A stretch of DNA of 64,000 nucleotides from Alphaproteobacteria bacterium (GTDB lineage Bacteria > Pseudomonadota > Alphaproteobacteria > Bin95). The stretch's first letter is position 1; each line of letters opens with the position of its first letter. Positions 53,768 to 62,888 of the stretch are shown one piece after another. Position numbers and translations under genes: made by a program. The notes beneath the pieces were generated by a model. That model searched no databases. It had not been told where the DNA came from and worked only from the letters and a program-made list of their open reading frames with translations. The DNA lies in NCBI GenBank assembly GCA_963665325.3, contig CAXXWS020000003.1, forward strand, positions 960,001 through 1,024,000, given 5' to 3'.

Positions 53768-54397
53768 TCAGCCCCCGTTGTCTTTGCTTGCAATGCCCGC
53801 AACTCTTTCAACCAACCAGTGGTATTCTTGAGGGCTGCGATTCAGCAAATGTCTAGTGGCTGCAATGCGATCTGTCAATCCCTTCTCCTGAGACATTTTC
53901 ACCCGACCCTCAATATCGTCGACGACAATTGTCACGCGACGGATCAAAGTTGACAACTGCCGAACTCGATTTTCAGTCTTGTCAAAAGTCCATCCCGCTA
54001 TGGCAGGCTCCAGTTGCCGTGTGAGGTGTTCGATATCCTCGAGAATTTCTGACCCTGGATTCTCGATCCTTGCGTGTCCCGTTACATGAACAGAAATATA
54101 ATTCCAGGTTGGCAACTGCCGCGTCGCGTACACAGTAGGGGAGACGTATGCATTGGGGCCAGAAAACACGACATAAACCGGACTCCCCTCCAATAACTCA
54201 ATTTGAGGATTAGATTGGTCCATATGTCCGAGGAGTTTCACCACTCCCGAACATTCACTGCTTACAATAAGCGGAATATGGCTAGCGGCGAACTCCTTGC
54301 CACTCCAAGTGACAATGAGGCCCAAGGGAAAGGCTTGTATGATCGACACCAAACAGTCCAAGTCTTCTTCTCGGTACACGTCGTAATGATAAGCCAC
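53768..54397 (-). CDS. PaiB-family heme protein, piperazate synthase (KtzT/PzbB)-like
   Basis: SHIPL, GHMDQSNPQ, FSGPNAYVSPTVY, PTWNY, KMSQE. Confidence 0.75.
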   Translation of the reverse strand: MAYHYDVYREEDLDCLVSIIQAFPLGLIVTWSGKEFAASHIPLIVSSECSGVVKLLGHMDQSNPQIELLEGSPVYVVFSGPNAYVSPTVYATRQLPTWNYISVHVTGHARIENPGSEILEDIEHLTRQLEPAIAGWTFDKTENRVRQLSTLIRRVTIVVDDIEGRVKMSQEKGLTDRIAATRHLLNRSPQEYHWLVERVAGIASKDNGG

Positions 54398-54585
54398 CTA
54401 CTTCCACCCTCTTCGTTGCTACGTTTTCCGACTAATCCGGCTCTCATGCTCAGACCTCAATTCTCAACTAACCTCGCCATTCCTTGACCATAATGTTAGT
54501 CCTCCTTCGAATCCAATAGATCGCAGCGGCCCTCGTCTCCCAGCCGATCCATAATACAGTTCAGCCCGGGCTTGACACTTTTCTT

Positions 54586-55605
54586 CTAGTCAGTGCAATA
54601 TCCCATAACCTCCTTATACAACCAATCTGGAACACACACACCATTTTCCCGAGTATAGTTTCTTACCGCATAACGTCTATCGGAGGGCAAGCGCGTCCCC
54701 TCTTCTTCCAGGATCTTCTCAAACAGCGACTCCGCATGCTGGAGATTGACAGAACCATCGTACGAATCTCCGAAGTGGGCCGGGTCCATCGCAATAATCA
54801 ATTCACCTCCTTCCGACGGCCCGCCATCGCTGTCATCGTCCTGGGCCGACTCGAAGCCGAACTTGCCTCCGCTGAGCCCAACCGCCAATAGCTCCACCAT
54901 CATTGCAATAGCGGCGCCCTTGTAGCCGCCGAAGGGCAACTGCGCACCTTCGAGGGCGGCGCCCGGGTCCGTCGTCGGCCGGCCATTGGCGTCAATGGCC
55001 CAGCCCTCCGGAACTCGTGCCCCATCGCGTTCCCGAATTTGAATTTCACCGCGCGCCGCGACGCTGGAAGACTGGTCGAAGATCATTGGCGCCTTGTCAG
55101 GCCGCGGCCACCCGAACGCCATGGGATTTGTCCCAAAAACTTTGTTGGTACCTCCCGCTGCGGCGACGAAGGAGCGAGAGTTCACGAACGCAAATGCTAC
55201 CAACCCCTCGCAAACTAGCGTATCGATATCGTACCACAGCACTCCGGACTGATATGCATTCGTGATCGGCATTGCCGCGACCCCTTGAGATCGTGCCTTG
55301 GCAGCCAAGAGCGGCCGCCCGACTACCATCGCCGCAGCTGCAAAGCCACGATGGGCGTCCACCTGGACAACGCCGGGAGACTTGTCATGCAATGTCGGCA
55401 CGGCTTTCCCGTTTGCGCGCCCACTTTTGACACAGGCGCAGTAGCCTGGCATCCTGAAAAGACCGTGCGTCTTGCAGCCATCCTGCTCCGCCAAGGTCAT
55501 TACATCGGCGAGCACGATGGCGTTCTCCTCGGAGAGGCCGGATTTGGTCAGTCCGCGCATGGCGATATCGCGAACCTCGTCGAGCGTCAGACTTACGCTA
55601 GTCAC
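54586..55605 (-). CDS. Ldh_2-family oxidoreductase (DpkA-like cyclic imine reductase/sulfolactate dehydrogenase family)
   Basis: THGLFRMPGY, FGTNPMAF, LPFGGYKG, RLPSDRRY. Confidence 0.88.
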   Translation of the reverse strand: MTSVSLTLDEVRDIAMRGLTKSGLSEENAIVLADVMTLAEQDGCKTHGLFRMPGYCACVKSGRANGKAVPTLHDKSPGVVQVDAHRGFAAAAMVVGRPLLAAKARSQGVAAMPITNAYQSGVLWYDIDTLVCEGLVAFAFVNSRSFVAAAGGTNKVFGTNPMAFGWPRPDKAPMIFDQSSSVAARGEIQIRERDGARVPEGWAIDANGRPTTDPGAALEGAQLPFGGYKGAAIAMMVELLAVGLSGGKFGFESAQDDDSDGGPSEGGELIIAMDPAHFGDSYDGSVNLQHAESLFEKILEEEGTRLPSDRRYAVRNYTRENGVCVPDWLYKEVMGYCTD

Positions 55606-55644
55606 TGCATTCTCTCCAATGGGTAGCGGGGTGCGGAATCCTGC

Positions 55645-56529
55645 CTAGCGTGGGCTAGTCTCTAATCTGCGGTTGAACGACTTGCCCGGTTTCGGTTTTG
55701 CATTTGCTGTCGGCTCGTCAATCAGATTTTGAAACTGGGAAGGCTTATAGTGGGTTGCATAGATCATGACACCGACAAAAGTAAGCCCACCTACGAGATT
55801 GCCGATCAAGGTCGGAATCTCATTCCAGAGGAGGTAATCCACCCAAGTGTAACTGCCGCCGAGCATGATACCAGAAGGGAAAAGGTACATGTTTACAATG
55901 GAGTGTTCGAAACCAAGATAGAAGAAAATTAAAATTGGCATCCACATGCCGATTACTTTTCCGGAAACGGACGTAGACATCATCGCGGCGACAACACCTG
56001 TCGAAACCATCCAGTTGCACATGATAGCCCGAACAAACAGGGTCAACATTCCCGCGTAGTCGGCGTCGGCGTATCCAAGCGTACGCATTTCCCCGATCCT
56101 ACCAATTTTCTGACCTACTGCATTCGGGTCTTTGCTGAACCCCATCGTGAATACAACTGCCATCAAGGACGCAGTTGTGAGCGCTCCAGCGAGGTTTCCG
56201 AGGAAGACCAATGTCCAATTTCGTAGTAGCTTGGGAAAGGTTACACCGGGACGACGTGCAAAGAGAGCAAGTGGCACCAACGTAAACACGCCTGTCAACA
56301 AATCATAACCCAGAAGATAGATCATACAGAACCCAACCGGGAAGAGCAGAGATCCGAGTAAGAAACTACCAGTGTCAACCGCAATCGTTATGGCAAATGC
56401 CGCAGCTAGAGCTAAAATCGCACCGGCCATATATGCTCTGATAAGGGTATCCTTGGTCGACATAAATGCCTTGGATTCACCTGCCTCGATCATTCTTGTG
56501 GCAATTTCCCGGGGCGTGACATAGGACAT
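55645..56529 (-). CDS. Formate/nitrite transporter (FNT) family
   Basis: LFPVGF, DLLTG, GNLAG, CNWMV, GFEHSIVNM, GNLVGG. Confidence 0.93.
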   Translation of the reverse strand: MSYVTPREIATRMIEAGESKAFMSTKDTLIRAYMAGAILALAAAFAITIAVDTGSFLLGSLLFPVGFCMIYLLGYDLLTGVFTLVPLALFARRPGVTFPKLLRNWTLVFLGNLAGALTTASLMAVVFTMGFSKDPNAVGQKIGRIGEMRTLGYADADYAGMLTLFVRAIMCNWMVSTGVVAAMMSTSVSGKVIGMWMPILIFFYLGFEHSIVNMYLFPSGIMLGGSYTWVDYLLWNEIPTLIGNLVGGLTFVGVMIYATHYKPSQFQNLIDEPTANAKPKPGKSFNRRLETSPR

Positions 56530-56657
56530 GGGGAGTGCTTCTCCAATTAAAGCAAGGCGGCACTTGCTTCCTGTGTTCGTGGTAGCCGGCTGGCCATTGA
56601 AAGGCGGATGTTCTGAAGTTTGCGCCGGGAACCGGCATTGCTTCGCACCTCGGCAAG

Positions 56658-57860
56658 TTATCGGCGGGCTCGATAAGAAAGGTACGCTGCGCTCAATGCG
56701 AGGGCGGCCGCAGCAAGCTGGAAAGCGTGGTTGATTCCGTTTACTTGAGATACCAGGAGCGCAACTAGCACTGATGGCACCACCGGGCCGGTCAGTTGTC
56801 CGATCGCGAAAGCGGCAGTCATATAACCCAGTACCTCGGTCGCGCGTCCCCGTGCGCGCGACCGCACTTCCTGTAGCGCGACTGTGGTCGTGACCATGAA
56901 AGTGCCGCCCACGAATAGCGCGGTAATTGCGATCGAGGTTGGCGTCAGCCAGATGCTCGGCATGAGAACGCCGAGCGCCATGATGAGGTGGGTGACGGCC
57001 CACACGCGCAGGCGGTTCATCCGCTTGAGTACGCGTGCGGCTACGATAGTGGAAACTAGGGATGCCAACCCGAACAATGGCCAAGCGAGGCCGAATATTC
57101 GCGGCTCATCAACAATGTTGCGGGCAAGCGTGGGAAGGAATGTGGCTGGCAGGATATAGCCGAGCCCCATGACCCCATAGCAGACTACGAGACCTGCAGT
57201 GCTGCTACCGGGTCCAGTTGAAGCGCCTACCCCCCGGAGGGCGCCGGTGGAGGGAACCCGGGGACCTCTACTCAGCAATAGCGACGGCACGATGGCGACC
57301 GCCGCCAAGGCTCCCAGCCCGAGCCAAAGCCATTGCGTCGAGACGCCCGGGCCGGCGGCAACGACACAGTAGAGGCCTACTGTCGCAATGCCGAGGCCGG
57401 TGCCGCCATAGATCACTCCGGCGAGGTCCGAGCGTTGCGCCGACGCCAACCGATCCAACGCCCACGCGCTGGTCAGGACAAAAGCCCAAGCGCTAAAGAC
57501 ACCCGCCGCGAACCGCAAGACAAGCCATGCCGCCATATCCAGGCTGTCGGAGCCCCCCATGGCAGTTGTGACGGCAACGATAGCGGCCAGACTGCCGCGC
57601 AGCAGAATCTGCGGCTTGACGCGAACCCAGCTCACCGTTAGCGCGCCGAGCACGTAGCCGAAGTAATTGCTACCGGCCAACCATGCGCCGGCGTTCAGGT
57701 CAAGCAGGTCATCCCGGATCATGAGGGGCAACAGGGGCGTGAACGCGAATCGGCCAATACCCATCGAGACTGCGACCTCTACCATTGCAAGAAGGCAGAC
57801 GGCAGCAGCAGTACGCGTTCCCAAGCGCGTCTGTCGGATAAAATCCAGGTTTATGCGCAT
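56658..57860 (-). CDS. MFS transporter (YbfB/YjiJ-like)
   Basis: MGIGRFAFTPLLP, NYFGY, GLGYILPATFLP, GGTFM. Confidence 0.9.
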   Translation of the reverse strand: MRINLDFIRQTRLGTRTAAAVCLLAMVEVAVSMGIGRFAFTPLLPLMIRDDLLDLNAGAWLAGSNYFGYVLGALTVSWVRVKPQILLRGSLAAIVAVTTAMGGSDSLDMAAWLVLRFAAGVFSAWAFVLTSAWALDRLASAQRSDLAGVIYGGTGLGIATVGLYCVVAAGPGVSTQWLWLGLGALAAVAIVPSLLLSRGPRVPSTGALRGVGASTGPGSSTAGLVVCYGVMGLGYILPATFLPTLARNIVDEPRIFGLAWPLFGLASLVSTIVAARVLKRMNRLRVWAVTHLIMALGVLMPSIWLTPTSIAITALFVGGTFMVTTTVALQEVRSRARGRATEVLGYMTAAFAIGQLTGPVVPSVLVALLVSQVNGINHAFQLAAAALALSAAYLSYRARR

Positions 57861-57917
57861 GTTTACTCGGCCTCGGACCAACGTTTCACACACCACCGAT
57901 TCGGCTCTTCACGAAAT

Positions 57918-59636
57918 TCAGGCCACCCCGGCTCCTTGGTCCTTCAGGATCGTCGCGAACTTGGTGCGCAATTCGCGCTTGAGCACTTTCCCTGTGACCC
58001 CGACCGGGAAATTCTGCGGCTCCAACGCCACTTGGACGGCTGCCAGAGGCTCGAGGCCGGCCGTCGAGAGTTGCTCGTTAAAGTACGCGAGCAACCGATG
58101 TTCCGATGGAACCTCTGGGCCTTTCCGGGGACGGATGATGGCAATCGGCTTTTGTCCGAAGCCATTATGGCTCGGGACGCCGACGACGGCGCAATCGTGA
58201 ACGATGTCCCCGCAGTCGGCCAACAGCACTTCTTCGATCAGCAAGCTGTAGACCGCCTCGAACGCGCCATCTATGACATCGACTGTGCGATCCAGGTGAT
58301 AGAAGCGGCCGTCTTCGTCCCGGCGGGCCACATCCCCCGTCAACCAGTATCCGCCAAGCTCGAACCTCCCGGTCAGCTCCCGGTCGTTCCAATATCCCGG
58401 CGTAAGGCTCGGTGTCTTGAGAGCTAGCAGGCCCGGTGCTCCGACAGGCAGCTCCGCTCCGGTTTCGTCAACGACCGTGGCGTGCTCGACCACGCCGATA
58501 GGCACTCCGATACAGCGATCGTTTCGTTCGGTCTCCATCGTGAACAGCTGCCCGAACAGGGACAGCCCCAGTTCCGACGAGCCGAAGCCGTCGATGAACT
58601 GGGAACCCGGCTGCGCCGCATCGCCCGCGTCGCCCTCTGTAAGCAGCGCCGGCTTTATCAGGCCGGCCGGCCGCTGGCCCATCGTGACGAGCCGCCGGAT
58701 ATGCCCATAGTGCGCGCTGTCCCCCATGTTGATCCAGGTATGGACCGAGGCGCAGGCCTCGGCGGGCAACGGATCGGCCGACAGTTCGACAAAAGTGCGT
58801 GGGAATGACAGCACGATTGTCGGCTCGAATACCATCATGACGGGCTCGACGACCACGCGCCGCCAATCCGACATGACGACTGTCGGCAAGCCCATGAGAA
58901 CCGCCGTCATGAAGTAGCTCAGCCCGCCCGCGTGTGTATGCGGCACGAGTGACATCAAGCGGTCGTACGGCTCTGCGGGCAAACGGATTAACCGGGGCTC
59001 CTTCCCAATCCAGAACTGCTTGTGGCCGGCCATGGTGGGCTTCGGCACTCCCGTCGTGCCGGACGAGTGGACGAGTGCAACGATGTCGTCTTCCTCGTGC
59101 AACACGGGAAATGGCGATGGCAGCGCTCCCTGTTCCTGGTGCGCGTTTAACTCCGACAGTGCCGAAATGAATCGCGGCCGGTAACGCTGTCTGCTGCGAA
59201 ATGCGGCCTTGAAGCCCGTCGGGTCGTCACACACCAGCCCAACCGCGCCCACATTCTCCAGATAGCTGCACGCCGCGGCGAGAGGCATGGCATTGTTGAT
59301 CAGGCCACAGATGGCGCCCAAGGCGGAGACCGCCAGGCACTGGAGCATCGGGTCGACGCCTTCGCTGACATACACCCCGACAACGTCGCCCTTCCGGACG
59401 CCATTGGCGTGGTACCATCGGGCATACCGGTCGCGCACGGCCACGAGGTCATCGAGGCTATACCCCGTCAGGTCGACACGGCCATGAGAGTCGAATCGGT
59501 GCCTGAAAATGAACGGCACGCTACGGTTCGGATTGAGCCGGACCGCCCAATCCAGAAAGTTCCCCGTGCCGAGAGCGGGTTCCTCCACCAACTGGCGTCG
59601 AACTTCGATCGGCGCAATCGAGCTATGCTGTGCCAT
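57918..59636 (-). CDS. Stand-alone class I adenylate-forming (ANL) ligase
   Basis: HSSGTTGVPK, GFGSSE, TGD, LDR, PVGVTGKVLKR. Confidence 0.9.
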   Translation of the reverse strand: MAQHSSIAPIEVRRQLVEEPALGTGNFLDWAVRLNPNRSVPFIFRHRFDSHGRVDLTGYSLDDLVAVRDRYARWYHANGVRKGDVVGVYVSEGVDPMLQCLAVSALGAICGLINNAMPLAAACSYLENVGAVGLVCDDPTGFKAAFRSRQRYRPRFISALSELNAHQEQGALPSPFPVLHEEDDIVALVHSSGTTGVPKPTMAGHKQFWIGKEPRLIRLPAEPYDRLMSLVPHTHAGGLSYFMTAVLMGLPTVVMSDWRRVVVEPVMMVFEPTIVLSFPRTFVELSADPLPAEACASVHTWINMGDSAHYGHIRRLVTMGQRPAGLIKPALLTEGDAGDAAQPGSQFIDGFGSSELGLSLFGQLFTMETERNDRCIGVPIGVVEHATVVDETGAELPVGAPGLLALKTPSLTPGYWNDRELTGRFELGGYWLTGDVARRDEDGRFYHLDRTVDVIDGAFEAVYSLLIEEVLLADCGDIVHDCAVVGVPSHNGFGQKPIAIIRPRKGPEVPSEHRLLAYFNEQLSTAGLEPLAAVQVALEPQNFPVGVTGKVLKRELRTKFATILKDQGAGVA

Positions 59637-59670
59637 AGCGCTCTCTCCTCTTTGGTCGGGATTGTCCGCC

Positions 59671-60948
59671 TCAGGCGGCCGGACTTAACTGTCTTCTCGA
59701 AAGCTCGCCGGTGACAGCTTCAGCAATTCGGGAAAGGCCATCCGACAGCGCCGCCTCCGTGATCGTCAGGGGCGGCATAACCTTCAGGACCTCGTCCCGC
59801 GCGCCGCATAACTCCACGATCACCCCGGCGCGATATGCGCGTTCGGCCGCCCCTTTCGCCATGCTCGGGTCGTTGGGCCACGCCAGCCCCTGCAGCATGC
59901 CCTTGCCACGGACCTCCGCATCACCGGCCTGGACCGCGACCTCCGATAACCGCGACCGGATCAGGGCGCCCTTTTGGTGCACGCTGGCTTCGAAGTCGGG
60001 ATTCCGCCAAAAACGTAACGCTTCAGCGCCGGCGACAAACGCCAGGTTGTTTCCGCGAAACGTACCATTGTGCTGCCCCGGTTCCCACACGTCCACTTCC
60101 GGCCGGATCAACAGCATCGCCATGGGCAAGCCAAAACCGCTGATCGACTTCGCCAAGCATACAATGTCGGGCTCGAGGTCAGCGCGTTCGAAGCTGAAGA
60201 ACGGTCCGGTTCGGCCGCAACCGGTCTGGATCTCGTCGACGATCAGCAACGCCCCTTGCTTTCTCGCCAACGCCTGAAGGCGCTGAAGCCAGTCAACGCT
60301 CGCCTCGTTGAGCCCTCCTTCCGCCTGCAGTGTTTCGACTATGATTGCCGCAGGCGGGTCGATCCCACTGCCCGGGTCGTCCAACAGCGTCTCGACGTAC
60401 TCCAGCGTATCCACATTGGAACCCAAATAGCCATCGAAAGGCACCCGGTCCACTGCCGCGTACGGCACTCCCCCACCGCTTCGCTTCCGTCGCGCACCGG
60501 AAACGGCAAGCGCACCCAACGTCATCCCGTGAAAACTGTTCGTAAACGCCAGAATGTTCGTTCTTGATGTAACGCGTCGAGCCAGCTTCAAAGCTGCTTC
60601 GACAGCGTTCGTACCCGTGGGGCCGGTGAACTGCATCTTGTAGTCAAGTCCACGGGGCGAAAGAACTCCATCTTGCAGTTCCTGCATGAACTCTCGTTTT
60701 GCCTCCGTGTGCAGGTCCAGCGAATGCGTTATACCGTCCGTAATCATGTAGCCGACGATTTTGCTACGTATCTGCCGATTGTTATGTCCATAATTCAAAG
60801 CGCCTGCGCCCGACAGAAAATCCAAATAGGAAGTTCCGTCGACATCGATTAGAGTATGTCCGGTCGCCTTTTGAAAGAGCGCCGGAAAATCCCGACAGTA
60901 AGACCGAACCACCGATTCAAGTTGGTCGAAGATCACCGTGCCGTCCAT
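59671..60948 (-). CDS. ectB: Diaminobutyrate--2-oxoglutarate transaminase (EctB-like), without ectA/ectC
   Basis: ESVVRSYCR, DFLSGAGALNYGHN, GPTGTNAVEAALK, QAEGG, DEIQTGCGRTG, AKS, HNGTFRGNN. Confidence 0.9.
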   Translation of the reverse strand: MDGTVIFDQLESVVRSYCRDFPALFQKATGHTLIDVDGTSYLDFLSGAGALNYGHNNRQIRSKIVGYMITDGITHSLDLHTEAKREFMQELQDGVLSPRGLDYKMQFTGPTGTNAVEAALKLARRVTSRTNILAFTNSFHGMTLGALAVSGARRKRSGGGVPYAAVDRVPFDGYLGSNVDTLEYVETLLDDPGSGIDPPAAIIVETLQAEGGLNEASVDWLQRLQALARKQGALLIVDEIQTGCGRTGPFFSFERADLEPDIVCLAKSISGFGLPMAMLLIRPEVDVWEPGQHNGTFRGNNLAFVAGAEALRFWRNPDFEASVHQKGALIRSRLSEVAVQAGDAEVRGKGMLQGLAWPNDPSMAKGAAERAYRAGVIVELCGARDEVLKVMPPLTITEAALSDGLSRIAEAVTGELSRRQLSPAA

Positions 60949-61550
60949 TTGGGCCTCAGCCTCCCTTTTTTTCCCAGGTATGCTACCCAACTTTTCTGTT
61001 TGCGTAGCTGAACCATCATTTACCACTCATCCGGTCTTCGTCGAGCCACATCTTCGCGCTTCCAATCATGACCCGATGAACTTCATTCCCACAGTCTCTA
61101 GTGCGCCGTAGGCGTCTTCATCTCTACTTTCCAAGTGTGCTTATGGTCCGAAGTTGGCGTGAACGCCATAACCTTAATTGGCTCGCCCCCCTCCCTGCCG
61201 TCGACTTAATTGCGACAACCTCCGCAGAGGCTCGATGATACTCGCCCGAACAGGCGGTTCCGAGCCCATCCATCCGCGAGCCTCATCGCTGCCCTCCTCG
61301 ACCCAAGTTCGACTGGCCGTCGTGGGGAACCCGCCCAGGGGTCCGAACTATCTTGTCACGATGAACTCCCATCCCGTTGCGAAAAATGTAACGCTGTGAA
61401 GAGCGCTTTGTATTGCATTAGACCGGCCCAATGTGCTTCGATGGGCTTGGCGGGCTTCACGCAGGGGAAGCTCTGCTGTGCTGCAACATCAATTGGTGAA
61501 TGCCCGCCGGACTGCTAGTCGGCCGGCGTTGAAAACAGTGGGAGACGAAA

Positions 61551-62888
61551 TTGGAAGCTTCCTCAACACGGCCTATCTTCGATGTTGTGGGCATTGGTTT
61601 TGGACCGGCGAACATCGCGCTTGCTATTGCGCTCCAGGAGCGACGCGACCCGCTGTCGGTGTTGTTTTTGGAAAAATCCAGCGAACCCGGTTGGCAAGCC
61701 GCGATGTTGCTGGACGGTTCAGACATTCAAAACAGCGCTCTGCGCGACCTTGTCACCCCGCGCAATCCGAGAAGCCGATACTCGTTCACAAATTTCTTGT
61801 TTGAGCAGGGGCGACTATTCGAATATCTCAACCTGGGCCTCGAGTTCCCGCTGAGAAAGGAATACGCTCAGTATGTTTCATGGGTGGCTCGCCAGTTTGA
61901 CGGACAGGTTTGCTATCGAGAGGAAGTGCGGCATCTTAGTATAGCAGGCACAGGCGGATCCGCGTGCTTTTCCATAACCACAGCAGGAGGCAGGACCTTC
62001 TTAGCCCGAAGCCTAGTTGCCGCGCCCGGCCGTACGCCGCTTATTCCGGAGGTGTTTAGAGGAACGGAAGGCGAGCGAGTATTCCACTTCACGCAGTATG
62101 CTCCGATGTTGAAGAAGTTAAAGCTGGGGACGGGCGAAGGTAAGCGTGCCGGTGTCGTAGGAGGAAGTCAAAGTGCTGTGGAGATCATTCTCGACCTGGC
62201 GTCTCGGTATCCGGAGATCGAGATCGTTAATGTACAGCGAGGGTTCGGGTTTTCTCTGAAAGATACAAGCCCTTTTAGCGACCATGTGTATTTCCCGGAG
62301 CATGTTGACTATTATTTTAATGCATCACAGAAAAGCAAGGCAAGCATTGATGCCCAGTTGAGGCGCACAAATTACTCGTCTGCAGACGGAGATGTGATTC
62401 GCCAACTGTATCTCGCCATTTATGAACAGAAATTGGACGGAAGGGAGAGGATACAGGTATTGAACAATACAAAAGTTAGTGGGGTGAAGAAAGGAGAAGA
62501 CGGTCTTGTGATTCAGGTGGAGGAAATTCACCAGGGGCAACTCGCTTCGGTTGAGCTTGATTTTGCGGTACTCGCAACAGGATTCCGTAATCTTGGACCG
62601 GCGGAGAATCAAGAGTTAGTTCCGCCTTTGCTCCTGCCGGTTGAAGGCTACCTGAGCAAGAGCCCACAGGGAGTACTTGAAATATCTCGGGATTACAGGT
62701 TGCTCGCCGCGAATCCAGAAGACCCGTTGCCACCGCTGTACCTGAATGGATTGTGTGAAACAACACACGGAATGGGAGATGCAGGGTCCTTTAGTTTGTT
62801 GTCGCTTCGAAGCGAACTCATTGCCCGGTCCGTTAGTGATGCTCTGACTGATTGTTCGCTGGTAGGCTCCTCTCCTTTAGGCTCCTGA
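61551..62888 (+). CDS. Flavin-dependent amine N-hydroxylase (SidA/IucD/PvdA/KtzI family)
   Basis: GIGFGPANIALA FAD motif, DLVTPRNPRSRYSF, GGSQSAVE NADPH motif, TNYS, LATGF; TTG start. Confidence 0.93.
   Translation: MEASSTRPIFDVVGIGFGPANIALAIALQERRDPLSVLFLEKSSEPGWQAAMLLDGSDIQNSALRDLVTPRNPRSRYSFTNFLFEQGRLFEYLNLGLEFPLRKEYAQYVSWVARQFDGQVCYREEVRHLSIAGTGGSACFSITTAGGRTFLARSLVAAPGRTPLIPEVFRGTEGERVFHFTQYAPMLKKLKLGTGEGKRAGVVGGSQSAVEIILDLASRYPEIEIVNVQRGFGFSLKDTSPFSDHVYFPEHVDYYFNASQKSKASIDAQLRRTNYSSADGDVIRQLYLAIYEQKLDGRERIQVLNNTKVSGVKKGEDGLVIQVEEIHQGQLASVELDFAVLATGFRNLGPAENQELVPPLLLPVEGYLSKSPQGVLEISRDYRLLAANPEDPLPPLYLNGLCETTHGMGDAGSFSLLSLRSELIARSVSDALTDCSLVGSSPLGS

Noticed and set aside
59671-60948. 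Ectoine biosynthesis operon
   Set aside because: No ectA, ectC or ask gene is adjacent, and the upstream gap shows no EctA-like frame that I could find.
61482-61503. LysR-binding box upstream of the monooxygenase
   Set aside because: Only a weak imperfect palindrome (CATCAATTGGTG), too weak to call.
57918-62888. Hydroxamate siderophore cluster
   Set aside because: There is no IucA/IucC synthetase, N-acyltransferase, DAB decarboxylase, NRPS or TonB receptor in the cluster. Such genes cannot be excluded outside the window.
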